A program made the position numbers and the translations under genes. The notes beneath the pieces were generated by a model. That model searched no databases and had not been told where the DNA came from. It worked only from the letters and a program-made list of their open reading frames with translations. Shown piece after piece: positions 1-11,100 of a DNA stretch of 40,340 nucleotides. This DNA comes from Pachysolen tannophilus NRRL Y-2460 (lineage: Eukaryota). The DNA is taken from NCBI GenBank assembly GCA_001661245.1, contig KV454015.1, forward strand, positions 372,001 to 412,340, in the 5' to 3' direction. The stretch's first letter is position 1; each line of letters opens with the position of its first letter.

Positions 1-1281
1 TCTAAATGGTGTTTCTTCTATTGGAGTTAAATCTCTCTTTTGATTTGTCTTTTTAACTTTATTTTTTGGGAGAAATAATGTAGGAGAGTCGTTTGTTGAA
101 ACACTTGAAGTTGATGAAGCCGAGAAAGATGACGTTAAAGAGTTTGCTGATGATAAATCTTTAAAAGACGATGATATTGAAGAAACTGGTGATGAGCCAC
201 TAGAGTTTGTGTGTTGACTTCTATTATTCATAGAGCACTTTCTTGTAAATTTTGAGAAATCTATATTTTTATCAACTTCCTTTTTTATTAAAGATTTATC
301 AACAACTTTTCTATAATTTATTTCTTTTGGTGTATTTTCCAGCTTTTTAGAATGAGTAAGTTTAGGGATTCCATGATTCATAAGGTTAACTTTATTTGTT
401 GTTGGACTATTGCTATAATTCCTGAAAGAAGCCTGTGACAATCTTTTTACTGGAATATCTGGTAATGGCTTATAATTTCTTGCTCTTCTCTTTTGATCTT
501 CAATTGATTTAAGATCAATCCTATTTAATTTTTCTTCATCTTTTTCATTAAAGGAAAAAGTTTCAGAGTTTGTATCTTCAAACCAGCCCTCAGCATCTTG
601 AACACTAGAGGAAGGAGATGATGAACTGTAATTTAATTCAGGTACAGCAGTTAAGTCTGGTATTTCAGTCAATTCCGGTGTTAATGGTGTCTTTTCACCC
701 ATATCACTATAATTATCTAGTATCTGGTTCAACAATTTTAAAGATTCTGAACTTTGTCTGAGTGTTTGTGATCTGTTTCCATATACCGGATTTTGTTGTT
801 TTAAGAAATCTTCAGAATATACAGAAGATGACTTTCTCATATGAGATGGTGAAAAAGGTTTCTTAAGGACATCTTGTTGAAATATACTAGACGATCCTGG
901 ATCACACATTGATGTAACTCTTAAACCTTTCTTTGAATGGTTTCTGTTTTTTGTCTCAAGATTATTTAAAAGATCAACTTGTGGTAAATTTGGTGGAGTA
1001 GATAAATCAAGATCATTTGTTAAAAAATTTGGCATGCAGCTAACCACTCTTCTCCTATCGTTCTTATTAAGTTTTTCTTTTCCTTCATAAAAACCAAACT
1101 TGATAAACGCAGGATTATAAAAAGATGCCGATAAAATTTTCCCCTTAGGAACATCCAGAGTCGTAATCTTGGATGATCTATGGTTATTAATGATAGTTGA
1201 TGAAATCCTCTCCAAACTCACTAATGGATCTTGGAAATCCTCCTCTTCGTTCAACTTTTGACCAACAAACTTTCTTCTCAT
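1..1281 (-). CDS. Partial ORF (runs off the left edge), Ser/Pro-rich low-complexity N-terminal region of an unidentified protein
   Basis: Hand translation from ATG at 1281 gives MRRKFVGQKLNEEEDFQDPLVSLERISS... The frame stays open (includes RRVVSCMP, RNYKPLPDIP) and appears to continue to base 1. It is absent from the ORF track, presumably because there is no stop in the window. Confidence 0.8.
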   Translation of the reverse strand, partial: MRRKFVGQKLNEEEDFQDPLVSLERISSTIINNHRSSKITTLDVPKGKILSASFYNPAFIKFGFYEGKEKLNKNDRRRVVSCMPNFLTNDLDLSTPPNLPQVDLLNNLETKNRNHSKKGLRVTSMCDPGSSSIFQQDVLKKPFSPSHMRKSSSVYSEDFLKQQNPVYGNRSQTLRQSSESLKLLNQILDNYSDMGEKTPLTPELTEIPDLTAVPELNYSSSSPSSSVQDAEGWFEDTNSETFSFNEKDEEKLNRIDLKSIEDQKRRARNYKPLPDIPVKRLSQASFRNYSNSPTTNKVNLMNHGIPKLTHSKKLENTPKEINYRKVVDKSLIKKEVDKNIDFSKFTRKCSMNNRSQHTNSSGSSPVSSISSSFKDLSSANSLTSSFSASSTSSVSTNDSPTLFLPKNKVKKTNQKRDLTPIEETPFR

Positions 1282-1656
1282 CCCTCTTTCTTTTGCTCAA
1301 TAAGTAAAACAATTGGAAAAAGAAACAATAAAAAGGCCTAAATTAAAATCAGGATCTTCTCTAAAATATATATTGAGACTCATCACAAATCATGAAAGAA
1401 CTGATGTTAAATGTATCTTTATGCAACTAAAGGTGGTTGGACTTCCAGGTTTTACCTCTTTTGGAATGTTTGCTATTTCTGAACACGACATTTTTGGTGT
1501 TCTGATAAGCAATTGTGTTCTGATATTCTGGTATTCTGAGTTTTTAGGTTTCGGAATGTATAAATGTCGGAATATCGGAATGTGATTTTTCATGTATTCT
1601 GAAATTTCTTTTCTTTTCTTTTCTTTTCTTTTTTTTTCTTAAAAAAAAAAAGAAAC

Positions 1657-1667
1657 TGAAAATTTTT
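1657..1667 (+). promoter_or_regulatory. RRPE-like motif TGAAAATTTTT
   Basis: Matches the yeast ribosome-biogenesis RRPE consensus, about 75 bp upstream of a tRNA methyltransferase gene. Confidence 0.45.
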
Positions 1668-1691
1668 ATAGTTGAAACATTTCCATTAATC

Positions 1692-1718
1692 ATCGTTATC
1701 GTTATCGTTATCGTTATC
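1692..1718. repeat. (ATCGTT)x4.5 tandem hexamer
   Basis: Directly visible: atcgtt atcgtt atcgtt atcgtt atc. Confidence 0.9.
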
Positions 1719-1740
1719 TGCTACAACTAGTTTGAGTGAG

Positions 1741-2724
1741 ATGATGAAAGAGGAGGATATTGTAGCAGAGAAGATATCATCTTTGGGGTTGCAAGATGTG
1801 GAGACTTTGGACGTTAAGCCGAGTCTAGACACTAGAATAGGGAAAGACGATCCATTTGTATTTGGTCAAAGATTTTTAGAAAATGAAGATGATGTCTTTA
1901 GTCATAATGCTTGGGATCATGCGGAGTGGGGTGAAGAGCAAAGGCAAGAAGCTGAGCTGAAGATTCTGAAACAGTACGATGCTCCAGTCGATGAATTTGA
2001 TAAGAATTTATATAATTCGAACCCTGCAAGGTATTGGGATATTTTTTATAAAAATACAAAGGGTAATTTTTTCAAAGATCGTAAATGGCTTCAAATTGAA
2101 TTTCCAATCTTGTATGATGCTACTAAGGAAAATTCTTCACCGGTGACAATATTGGAAGTTGGTTGTGGTAATGGTTCAACATTATTCCCCGTTTTGAGAG
2201 AAAATAAAAATGAAAATTTGAAAATAGTAGCTGTGGATTATAGTAAAAACGCAATTAATATTGTTAAATCATCACAAGATTTTAACCCTAAATATGCTCA
2301 TGCTTGTGTTTGGGATTTAGGAAATGAACTGGGGGAATCACCGGAAACTATTGAACCACATTCTGTAGATATTGTAACTTTAGTTTTCGTTTTAAGTGCA
2401 TTACATCCAAATCAATGGGAAACAGCGGTTAAAAATTTGGCCAAAATTTTAAAACCTGGAGGACAAATATTATTTAGAGATTATGGTAGATATGATATGG
2501 CGCAAGTAAGATTTAAAAAGAAAAGGTTATTGGAAGATAATTTTTATATAAGAGGTGATGGTACAAGAGTATATTTTTTCACAGAAGAAGAATTAAAGAT
2601 GATTTTTGGAACTTATTTTAAAGAAAGGAAAATAGCGACGGATAGAAGGTTATTGGTTAACAGAAAGAAACAGTTAAAAATGTATCGTATTTGGTTACAA
2701 GCAGTTTTTGATGTACCTTTATAA
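1741..2724 (+). CDS. ABP140: tRNA m3C32 methyltransferase (Trm140/Abp140, METTL2/6 family)
   Basis: Motifs HNAWDHAEWGEEQ, WDIFYKN..NFFKDRKWLQIEFP, SAM motif ILEVGCGNG, FRDYGRYDMAQVRFK, RGDGTRVYFF. First ATG is at 1741; the track start at 1732 is TTG. Confidence 0.95.
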   Translation: MMKEEDIVAEKISSLGLQDVETLDVKPSLDTRIGKDDPFVFGQRFLENEDDVFSHNAWDHAEWGEEQRQEAELKILKQYDAPVDEFDKNLYNSNPARYWDIFYKNTKGNFFKDRKWLQIEFPILYDATKENSSPVTILEVGCGNGSTLFPVLRENKNENLKIVAVDYSKNAINIVKSSQDFNPKYAHACVWDLGNELGESPETIEPHSVDIVTLVFVLSALHPNQWETAVKNLAKILKPGGQILFRDYGRYDMAQVRFKKKRLLEDNFYIRGDGTRVYFFTEEELKMIFGTYFKERKIATDRRLLVNRKKQLKMYRIWLQAVFDVPL

Positions 2725-2749
2725 TAATATATATATATAAAAGATTTAT

Positions 2750-3607
2750 TTATTCCCTAATAACAATTTTAATGTGCAAAAACCCATCAATATACATAAA
2801 CAATTTAAAAATATCAAGAATAGTAGCATCTTGAGGAATTAAAACACCATGACTTAATGGATAAGCAAATTTATAACCTGAAGAAAACAATTCTGGTAAT
2901 ATATTCAGAAGCATCAGCCCAATAGTAATTGAAGATTCTCCTTCTTCATTTGTAGGTTTAATCAATGGTTGTAAAACTTTATCTGAAACATTTGAAGGAA
3001 GATATATTCTTATTGGGATACGACGGAATCCAAATTGGGTTTCATTAATAAATTTTGAAGTTATTAAATTAAACGCTGTATAATCATGATCTAAAACACT
3101 TTGCCAAAGTCTTATAACATCATCTTTAGATAAATTCATCACTAATTTTGAAGATCCATTAATAACATAACATGCTTGCTTTAATTGATTTATCCAATAA
3201 TTCTCCAAGAAATCTAAATTAAAGGAATCATGATATATTGGAATTATATATTCTTTAGGATAATTTCTACAATTCATTGTTAATTCCCAATGTTGTTGTC
3301 TCTTATTATGTAAATTCAATAAATCATAACTTAAACCAATTGGATAATTCCATTTAACTGGAATATTCTCATCTGTTGTTTCAAACCAAAATTGTTGCAA
3401 ATTCTTACACCATTCGGGTATCAATAAATTGGATTTAAAATATAATACAATTTCAATTAACCTTGAATATAAATATTGATTTCTATTTATCGATAAGTAA
3501 TAATAATGTATATCAGCCTGGTTTTTAGAATCTTTAGGATTCAATTTCAACTTGATATTTATTGATCCTGACCATAACTTATCCCTTATAGTCGACAACT
3601 CTGACAT
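2750..3607 (-). CDS. ATG5: Autophagy protein Atg5
   Basis: IRDKLWSGSINI, PVKWNYPIGLSYDLL, WINQLKQACYVINGSSKLVMNLSKDD (conjugation Lys region), RIPIRIYL, C-terminal YIDGFLHI. Confidence 0.95.
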   Translation of the reverse strand: MSELSTIRDKLWSGSINIKLKLNPKDSKNQADIHYYYLSINRNQYLYSRLIEIVLYFKSNLLIPEWCKNLQQFWFETTDENIPVKWNYPIGLSYDLLNLHNKRQQHWELTMNCRNYPKEYIIPIYHDSFNLDFLENYWINQLKQACYVINGSSKLVMNLSKDDVIRLWQSVLDHDYTAFNLITSKFINETQFGFRRIPIRIYLPSNVSDKVLQPLIKPTNEEGESSITIGLMLLNILPELFSSGYKFAYPLSHGVLIPQDATILDIFKLFMYIDGFLHIKIVIRE

Positions 3608-3784
3608 CTTTCATAATTTTCTATAGTTCATGATGATGATTATATATATATATTAAAAGTATTAATAAATAGTAATTAAATATACAAAAAATAATAATAA
3701 TAATAATAATAATTTTTTATATTCTTTTATATAATAACCAATAATAAAATCATTTTAATTACAAGATAAAAGAGTTATTTTTGG

Positions 3785-5272
3785 ATGGATTTCTTAGAGA
3801 TAAATGAGTTAAACCATGAGCTTCCTTGGACAATAAATCCCAGGCGAATTTTCTTTGCAAAAGAATCTTTGATATTCACATTGTTTCATATAAATCCATA
3901 TACAAAAGGTAATATAGATGAAATTTTTTATGATTTGAATCAACATTTTAAGCCATGGTTGGATAGTTATATTTGGAATGTTGCTCCTTTAAGCTTACAA
4001 AAAATTGAATCTAGTCGGGGAACATATATTTATGGGGAGTTGGTTTATTGTGATTATAATTATGATGAATGGTTAGTTACTTGGTTATTGTTTAAATTTT
4101 CAACAAAATATCAAGATATCTATATACATATGTTTGACCAAGATGGAGAGTTCTTATTAATAGAAGCTGCTTCATTTTTGCCTGATTGGTTAGAGCCTGG
4201 CGTTTCGTTTAATAGGCCATGGATCAATAATGGGAAATTAATAATAATACCTAATGAGTATTATAAAGGTGAAAATCTAAAGTTAGAACAAAGTTTGATT
4301 TTCTTGGAGAATGTTATTTATAAATGTGAATTTATTATTCAAATAAATGATCATTTAAATGAGAAATTGAAAGAGTTTCCTCAAAAGATTTTAGAGAATA
4401 TCTTTAGTGTTAAAGCCATATTGAATAAGAAAGTGATCAACTTATTAGTTAATAATAAGCCATATTTAGGCTCACTTTGTATATCTCGATATTCGGCAAA
4501 AGATATATTGACAACAAGAAAAGAAGAACAAGAAGGACAAGATGATATGGTTGAAGTGAATATTAGAATATCGTTTTTGTCATATATGTATTTGAAGTCA
4601 ATATTGAAAATAGACAACGCAATAGAAATTGGAAAGATAATTAGCCAAGGTTTGAATTATTTATTAAAAAATGAAACTGAAGAGGCGATTTATATAAACA
4701 AGATTTCAACAAATAAAGTAACAGATGAAGATATTAAACAATTTAGTATATCTAATTCACATGAAAATGATAATTTACAAACAGAATTGAAAAGATTAAA
4801 CGTTATTGAAAAATTTATACCACCAAATCATGAAAATGATCAAATAAATGATTCAAATTCTGGAAAAATTCAAGAAAAGGAACTTTTCACCCAAATTAAA
4901 GATTTTTTCAAAAATTCTAAAAAAAATGATTATAATGAATATGAAAAAGACTATGAAGAAAATTCTTCCCAAAGCGACAACGATAATATAAGTATTGACG
5001 AAGATGATTTCTTTGAATTTTTCTGTAAAGAAGCATTGAAGATGAAAGATGAAGATTTGGAAAAAATGAGAAACACTGCAACAACTACAGCTGCAAATAA
5101 AAATGAAAATAATAATGAAATTAATTCAGAAGACGAAAATGATCTAGATGATTCTGAAATTGAAAGTTTAAGTTATTTAATGAAGAGCCTCAAAGCAGAA
5201 GGATTCTCTGGACCCACCTCTTCCCTACTACTGTCCATGGGTTTAGATTTGTATAGTCAAAAGGAAAGCTAA
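3785..5272 (+). CDS. Ecdysoneless / hSGT1-family protein
   Basis: DEWLVTWLL, D.DGEFLLIEAA.FLPDWLEP, NRPWI.NGKLIIIP, acidic DEDDFFEFF..EALKM, C-terminal GPTSSLLxSMG, all typical of the ECD/SGT1 family. Confidence 0.85.
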   Translation: MDFLEINELNHELPWTINPRRIFFAKESLIFTLFHINPYTKGNIDEIFYDLNQHFKPWLDSYIWNVAPLSLQKIESSRGTYIYGELVYCDYNYDEWLVTWLLFKFSTKYQDIYIHMFDQDGEFLLIEAASFLPDWLEPGVSFNRPWINNGKLIIIPNEYYKGENLKLEQSLIFLENVIYKCEFIIQINDHLNEKLKEFPQKILENIFSVKAILNKKVINLLVNNKPYLGSLCISRYSAKDILTTRKEEQEGQDDMVEVNIRISFLSYMYLKSILKIDNAIEIGKIISQGLNYLLKNETEEAIYINKISTNKVTDEDIKQFSISNSHENDNLQTELKRLNVIEKFIPPNHENDQINDSNSGKIQEKELFTQIKDFFKNSKKNDYNEYEKDYEENSSQSDNDNISIDEDDFFEFFCKEALKMKDEDLEKMRNTATTTAANKNENNNEINSEDENDLDDSEIESLSYLMKSLKAEGFSGPTSSLLLSMGLDLYSQKES

Positions 5273-5449
5273 GCTTTTCTCAAGTAGTAGTAGTTTTTTT
5301 ATATTTTTTTTTTTCTTTCACCTTTTTTTTTTAATTCCTATTTTTATCCGTAAAGTGCTGTTTTCACCAACAATATATATATAAATATATATATTTAAAT
5401 ATAAATATAGCTAGGTTAGCTTAATTGATGATAATATATATCGAGGATA

Positions 5450-7005
5450 ATGGATTCCAAGGAACAGGATAGAAAAGAAGTAGAGTCCAATAATAAAAAA
5501 AAAGTTATAATAAGGTGGATTTACTTCTTTCCTTGGTGACAATTTTATTGGGAATTTTATACTATATAAATCAAAGCGGCGCAAGGTTACCATTTGAATT
5601 AATTGAATATTATAGAGAAAATCCTACTGATGATATAATCATTAGAATTCCAGTATATATTTTCTCTGATGAATTTATATTTCCAGATTTGGTTGAAGCT
5701 ACGCAAATCCAAGTGGATTGGGAATTAAAATCCAAGCAATATGAACAAATTGCCAATTATAAAGTTGATTTAAAATATGGTGATTATTTTAAAATTATAA
5801 GTAATGATACAATTTTTAGTGATTTTGAAGCTCATGCTTATTTTGTTAAGATAACTTTATCCAATATTACTGCGATTTTTAATGCTCCAGATAGAAAACA
5901 TACAGAATTATTTTTTAAAGAAGATTCATTGTTTAATAATGATTTACCATTTTTCGTAACACAAACAATTTTATATCATGTTTTCCATACTGAATTAGAT
6001 TTAATTTCACTTGATAATTTTCAAAAAACAATATTTGGTGATGAAACTAAACCTGTTATTCGTCATAATATAACAGATAATGGGTTATCAATAAATTATT
6101 ATAAACCTACTTTAAATTTAAATTTTACAATTTTTGCAGAAGAAAATCAAATTGATGATAATTTGATAGATATATTTCATTATTATTTTAACAAATTATT
6201 TTTTCTGGATGAAGATAATATTCATGATATGTTTCAAAATTATATTGAATTTACTCATGAAATTCATATTGAAAAATTTTCATACAATGATAATGATTTT
6301 TCAAACGAGGAAAATTTTATTAAATCCACTTATAATGATGATTATGAAGTTTATGTCTTAAATGAAAATGATTCATCAATTCCTCCATTTTTAAACAAAG
6401 GTAAAATACATAATGATACTTTAAATTTCGTATTATATATACCTAATTTTTCAACTACTACTCCAAATGAAGAAGATGATTCTATATTTTTTTCAATCGA
6501 TTCCAAATCACCTTTAGTAATAGACACTGATAGAAACATTGATTTGGCATTTTACCAAAACGATGATCTTTTCGATTTCAAAACTAATGGTAATGCATAC
6601 TTGATACCTAGACAAGGAGCTTTAATAGTAATGAATATGGCACTTTTAAATGAATTAAACGAAGAATTGGTTTACAGAAATTTCTTCAAAAATTTTAAAC
6701 TCACTCTACTAGTACTACTAGGATTCCCAAAAGATCCAAAGAATATCATATTAAGAGTGGAAATTGAAACTAGAATACAAATTATTTTAAATCTTTTAAA
6801 AATAGTGGAAAATTTATGGAAAATAACACAACTTCCAGAACAAAAAATCACACAAGACTTGATGAACACCGTCGACGAGATCCTAATGATGAGAGCAGAA
6901 GTAATCCAGGCATTGAGTACCGGCTACAATTGGACATCTCTGTTGTCATTATCCAATAGAGCATTGGAAACAAGCTACAACATTTTGAATGTAACAACTT
7001 CCTAA
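5450..7005 (+). CDS. GPI transamidase subunit Gpi17/PIG-S-like protein; needs a one-base frame correction near the 5' end and lacks the C-terminal TM segment
   Basis: ARLP..I, DIIIRIPVYI, FPDLVEATQIQVD, LNFVLYIP, YLIPRQGALIV, LLGFP resemble Gpi17. ATG at 5450 (MDSKEQ...KKVIIRWIYFFPW*) is out of frame with the long ORF, whose track start at 5515 is GTG. Confidence 0.7.
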
Positions 7006-7024
7006 AACGGAAAACGGAAAACGG
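7004..7024. repeat. (AAAACGG)x3
   Basis: Directly visible just after the stop of the PIG-S-like gene and upstream of TAF11. Confidence 0.8.
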
Positions 7025-7133
7025 ACATTTTGATTGTTTAGAGAACGACTTTTTTTTTTATTCAAAAAAATAAGAAAAATTAAAAATATATATAAATATA
7101 GGGAAAGAAGAAGTTGCAAGATAAAAATATTAT

Positions 7134-7158
7134 TATATATATATATATATATATATAT
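7134..7158. repeat. (TA)n microsatellite
   Basis: Directly visible. Similar tracts occur at about 25594-25616 and 39798-39820. Confidence 0.85.
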
Positions 7159-7209
7159 AGCATTAAATATTTATAAACGGTTAGATTAAACTGTATATTA
7201 TTTGTTTGT

Positions 7210-8136
7210 ATGAATCTGGATAGTGTGAATAGAAGTCTGTCGCCTTTGTCTGTGGGTGCTGTTCCTACTGTGGGCGCTTTTTCTGCTATGGCGCCGGCAG
7301 GACCAGTACGTGGTGGACAACAACAACAACAACAGCAACAACAACAAGTTGGGACTCATTATGTTAAAAAGAAATCTGAGATGAAGACTCAGTTTCAAGC
7401 ATTAGAAGCGTTTAATAATAAATCAACGTTGGATGTAGATGATCCATCATTGAATGAGATAAATGATGAAGAAGAGGATGTTAAGAAGATTTTAACGTTT
7501 ATTCATAAAGATTATAATGAGCATTTAATACGAGAGAAGGAAGAGAAGAGAAGGAAAAGAAAGAGAAAGCATCAAGATGAAGAAAGTGAAGGCTCAACTG
7601 ATTGTGAAAGTGAAAAATTAAGTGATGATAGTGAAGTTGATGCTACCGATGAAGAGCCCCCATCGAAGGAAGAATTAACAAAGTTGTTGATGGAAAATTT
7701 AGATAAAGATCAAATGGATCGTTATGAGCTGTATAGAAGAACTCAATTAAACAAACCTGGTATTAAAAAAATTGCAACTAGTATATTTGGACAAAATATT
7801 CCTCCGAATTTTTTAACTGTTTTAAGTGGTATTTCAAAAGTATTTGTAGGAGAAATTGTTGAAAAAGCTAAAGATGTACAAAAAAGGTATGAAAAAGCTG
7901 CTTTAGTAGAAGCTAATTTAAAGAAAAAAGTAGCAAAAAAAGAACAGCAGTTGAAAAAATTGAAACCCGATTCAGCTTCTAAAATTTCTGTAGAAGCTAA
8001 TGATTTAAACAAGGCACCATTAAGGCCGGAACATATTAGAGAGGCATGGAGATTATACCAATTAGAAAATGGTACTACACCATCAGTTCTGTGGAGAAGT
8101 CAAGGTGGTGATGGTGATGGAATGTTTTTCAGATAA
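7210..8136 (+). CDS. TAF11: TFIID subunit Taf11
   Basis: Histone fold QMDRYExYRRTQLNKPGIKKI...LSGISKVFVGEIVEKA, PLRPEHIREAWRLY, C-terminal WRSQGGDGDGMFFR; short N-terminal polyQ. Confidence 0.95.
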   Translation: MNLDSVNRSLSPLSVGAVPTVGAFSAMAPAGPVRGGQQQQQQQQQQVGTHYVKKKSEMKTQFQALEAFNNKSTLDVDDPSLNEINDEEEDVKKILTFIHKDYNEHLIREKEEKRRKRKRKHQDEESEGSTDCESEKLSDDSEVDATDEEPPSKEELTKLLMENLDKDQMDRYELYRRTQLNKPGIKKIATSIFGQNIPPNFLTVLSGISKVFVGEIVEKAKDVQKRYEKAALVEANLKKKVAKKEQQLKKLKPDSASKISVEANDLNKAPLRPEHIREAWRLYQLENGTTPSVLWRSQGGDGDGMFFR

Positions 8137-8176
8137 TTTTTATTAAATCCTATATCCATATTTAAATTGACTTTTG

Positions 8177-11100
8177 TTAAGTAATGAATTTTAATTGTTT
8201 ATGAAATTTGGTAATGTTTGTTATTTCAATATGTTCAACTTCAACTTTAAAATTGTTAGTTTCATATTTGGTCCCACTACTATTAATATATCTTAAACTT
8301 TTCCCCAACTGTTTTGCAATTTCTCTTATAATGACATTACATAATTTTAAACCACATCCTTGGTTAATGAAATATTTTAACAATTCTTTTAAGATGTTTG
8401 TTAAATTTCCATTGGACTTGTTAACAATTTCAATTAATTTCTGTTGAGGAATTTTTAATCCTTTTAGTCTTAATAATGCATCCAATTGTTGAATTAAAAT
8501 CTCTTTTGAGATTTCTTCTTCACTCATAGAAGTTTTTAAATGAAGTGAAAGAGACGATCGAGTCTTTGATGATAAAATTTTTTCATTGAAAAAACTTAAA
8601 AAATTTTGTTTGCTCAAAACTTTTTCCACTAAAGAGAGATCAATATCATCTTCTCCCAAAAGATTATTGAAGTTATATGATCTAGATGCAATTTGTTCCC
8701 AATAAATTTTATGTTTTTTCAAAGCATCTCCATTGTTAGAAAATCCAGTTCCATTTCGTTGTGCCATTGTGAGTGTGGAAGGTCCACCACTTGAATCTAA
8801 TTTCTGACTACCATTTAAATACGAATTAATGAATTTCCTCAAAACTTGTTTCTTGAAATCAGATTCTTTCATCTTTGATAATTCAACAAACCAATTTTGT
8901 AAATATTCAAAAATCTTATTTTCCAAAAAAACTGGTTTATAATCACCGCTTAAAATAGTTATATGCAAACCTAAAGTTTTCCTTAATTGTCTCAATCCTC
9001 CAAAGACAACATATCCTAACTGCCTTTTATTCCTCAATTCAGGTATCAACGTTGTGGAAATCATATTAGCTAATACTTTGGTAAGTGTCCTACAATAAAC
9101 GTCAGATCTCAACCCTGTTTGGATAAAGAAAACTATAGTGTTTGAGGGGTCACCTGGTGGTGAATTTGTCGAATATAGATAAGATCTTCCTTTGGGGATA
9201 TAATAAGTTGACGGTTCGGAAAGTTTTAATTGAATTTCAGAGCTATTCAAATGATGAATCAACTTATTAATTAATTTAGAAAATTGTTCAACTTTAGAAG
9301 TTTCTATATCACCTTCAACTAACAAATTAAGATAATTACTATCAACTTTGAAGAAATTTTGCACAAATTCTTTGAAATTTTGTAAATCCAATTCTTCCAA
9401 AGTATTTAATCTTTCTTCTAAAGACCAAATATTTTCCTCCATTAAAGCAATTAGTCCTGAGTTAGCCAAGACTATACCATTTTCCTGGTAAATATTTTCA
9501 TATCTTGTTCTTATGGCAACCCTTGCTTTTCTTAAAGTATTATAATCCAACTTTTTTTCATTAAGGCCAGAAATCAAACTTTGAAGCTCACAGACTATAA
9601 TCTTTAACATTAGTTCAACACCTTCGCTAAAACCACTTATTGTGACACCAATTCTTGAATCACCTTTTGAAGATGGGAGTATTTCCCAAGTGTAACCAAT
9701 GGTTTCAGATTGATATAGTGTTTTTTGTAAATTTAAATAAATTAATTCAGCTAATATCTCAATGCATATTGAATTCAAACAAGTTGAGATTGACTTATTC
9801 ACAATTTCAAAAGATAAATAGCAGCGTGAAGAATAGATTAAATTTGTCTCTTTTTTGTACCATAATTGAAAGAAATTACCTTCTTGAAGTAATAAAGGTG
9901 GAATTGATGAAGAATGATTTTTTGTTATAAATGATAACGAAGAAGATGCAGAATTATCTGCAGCTATCTTTAATTCTTTTGTAATACAAGAATGATTTAA
10001 CACCATGGAAGGTAAAAAGGGGTTTTTACTGGGAAGATATAATATTTGACTTTTGTCAAAGGAGTCTAAATTGGATAACTTCTCTGTATCTATTTGAAAA
10101 ATTGAATAATCAAATTGGAAATAGTTATCTTTAACAAAAATTGGTGGACTTTTTAATTCTTTCTTGATACAACTAATGGAATTGATATCAGTATCGTTTG
10201 AAATTAAGATTACAAAATTGAAATTATTTAAATTTGTAGATTCATTTAAAAATTCTTTGAATAAGATTGCCTTTGAAGTCCACCATTTTTTGGCTTCTTT
10301 ACTTTCTGTAAATCCACCTTTGAAATCATGGTCATAATCATGCCAAATTGGTGAGCCTTTAAGTAAGCAATGTGGACCAATGTTTTTTAAATTGCATTGC
10401 AAATATCTTGAATATAATGAAGATTCTGACATTGGTGATTTGTTAACATCTTCGTATAAATATTTTAAACAATCAATAGAAGATATTTCTGATAAATATT
10501 CTCCTAATTCAAAAATATTACCGTTGATAACGTTGTGAGTAAATTTGAAAATAATTTTTAAAACTTGATCTAAATTTTTGTATCCTAAATTTGTCAATTT
10601 TAATTCCAAAGTTAATGTATCGTTACCTTCAGCCAAGTTGAGTTTGAAAGCTAATAATGTTATTATGTATCCCATTTTCTTTAAAGCATCGCATATAGAA
10701 TTAGAACTTTCATCTCCGTATAATTGACACCATGCTTCAGTGAATAATGGAATTTTTTTTTGATTAGCTGATGGATCATAACTTAGTGGGAAATTTATTC
10801 TTATAGTAGGTGTTATACTTGAAGATTGTAATCTTTTAATGAAAATACATTTTGAAGTTTCATCTTTAAGGAAAACTTGAGTAGTGGTATACTTTTCTTT
10901 CCAAGTTTGTTGACAAATTGAGAAATCTTCAAGGTTAAGTCTATTATTTTTATCTTTATTGTCTTTTTTAGTTTCATCACTATAAGAGTTATTTTTTAAA
11001 AGAGAAATTTGTTTTAAACGGTTCTTATTGGTTATAGATCCAACATCGCTAAAATATGAAATTGCAAATTTTTGTAATTGATTAACAGACTGTGGACTTC

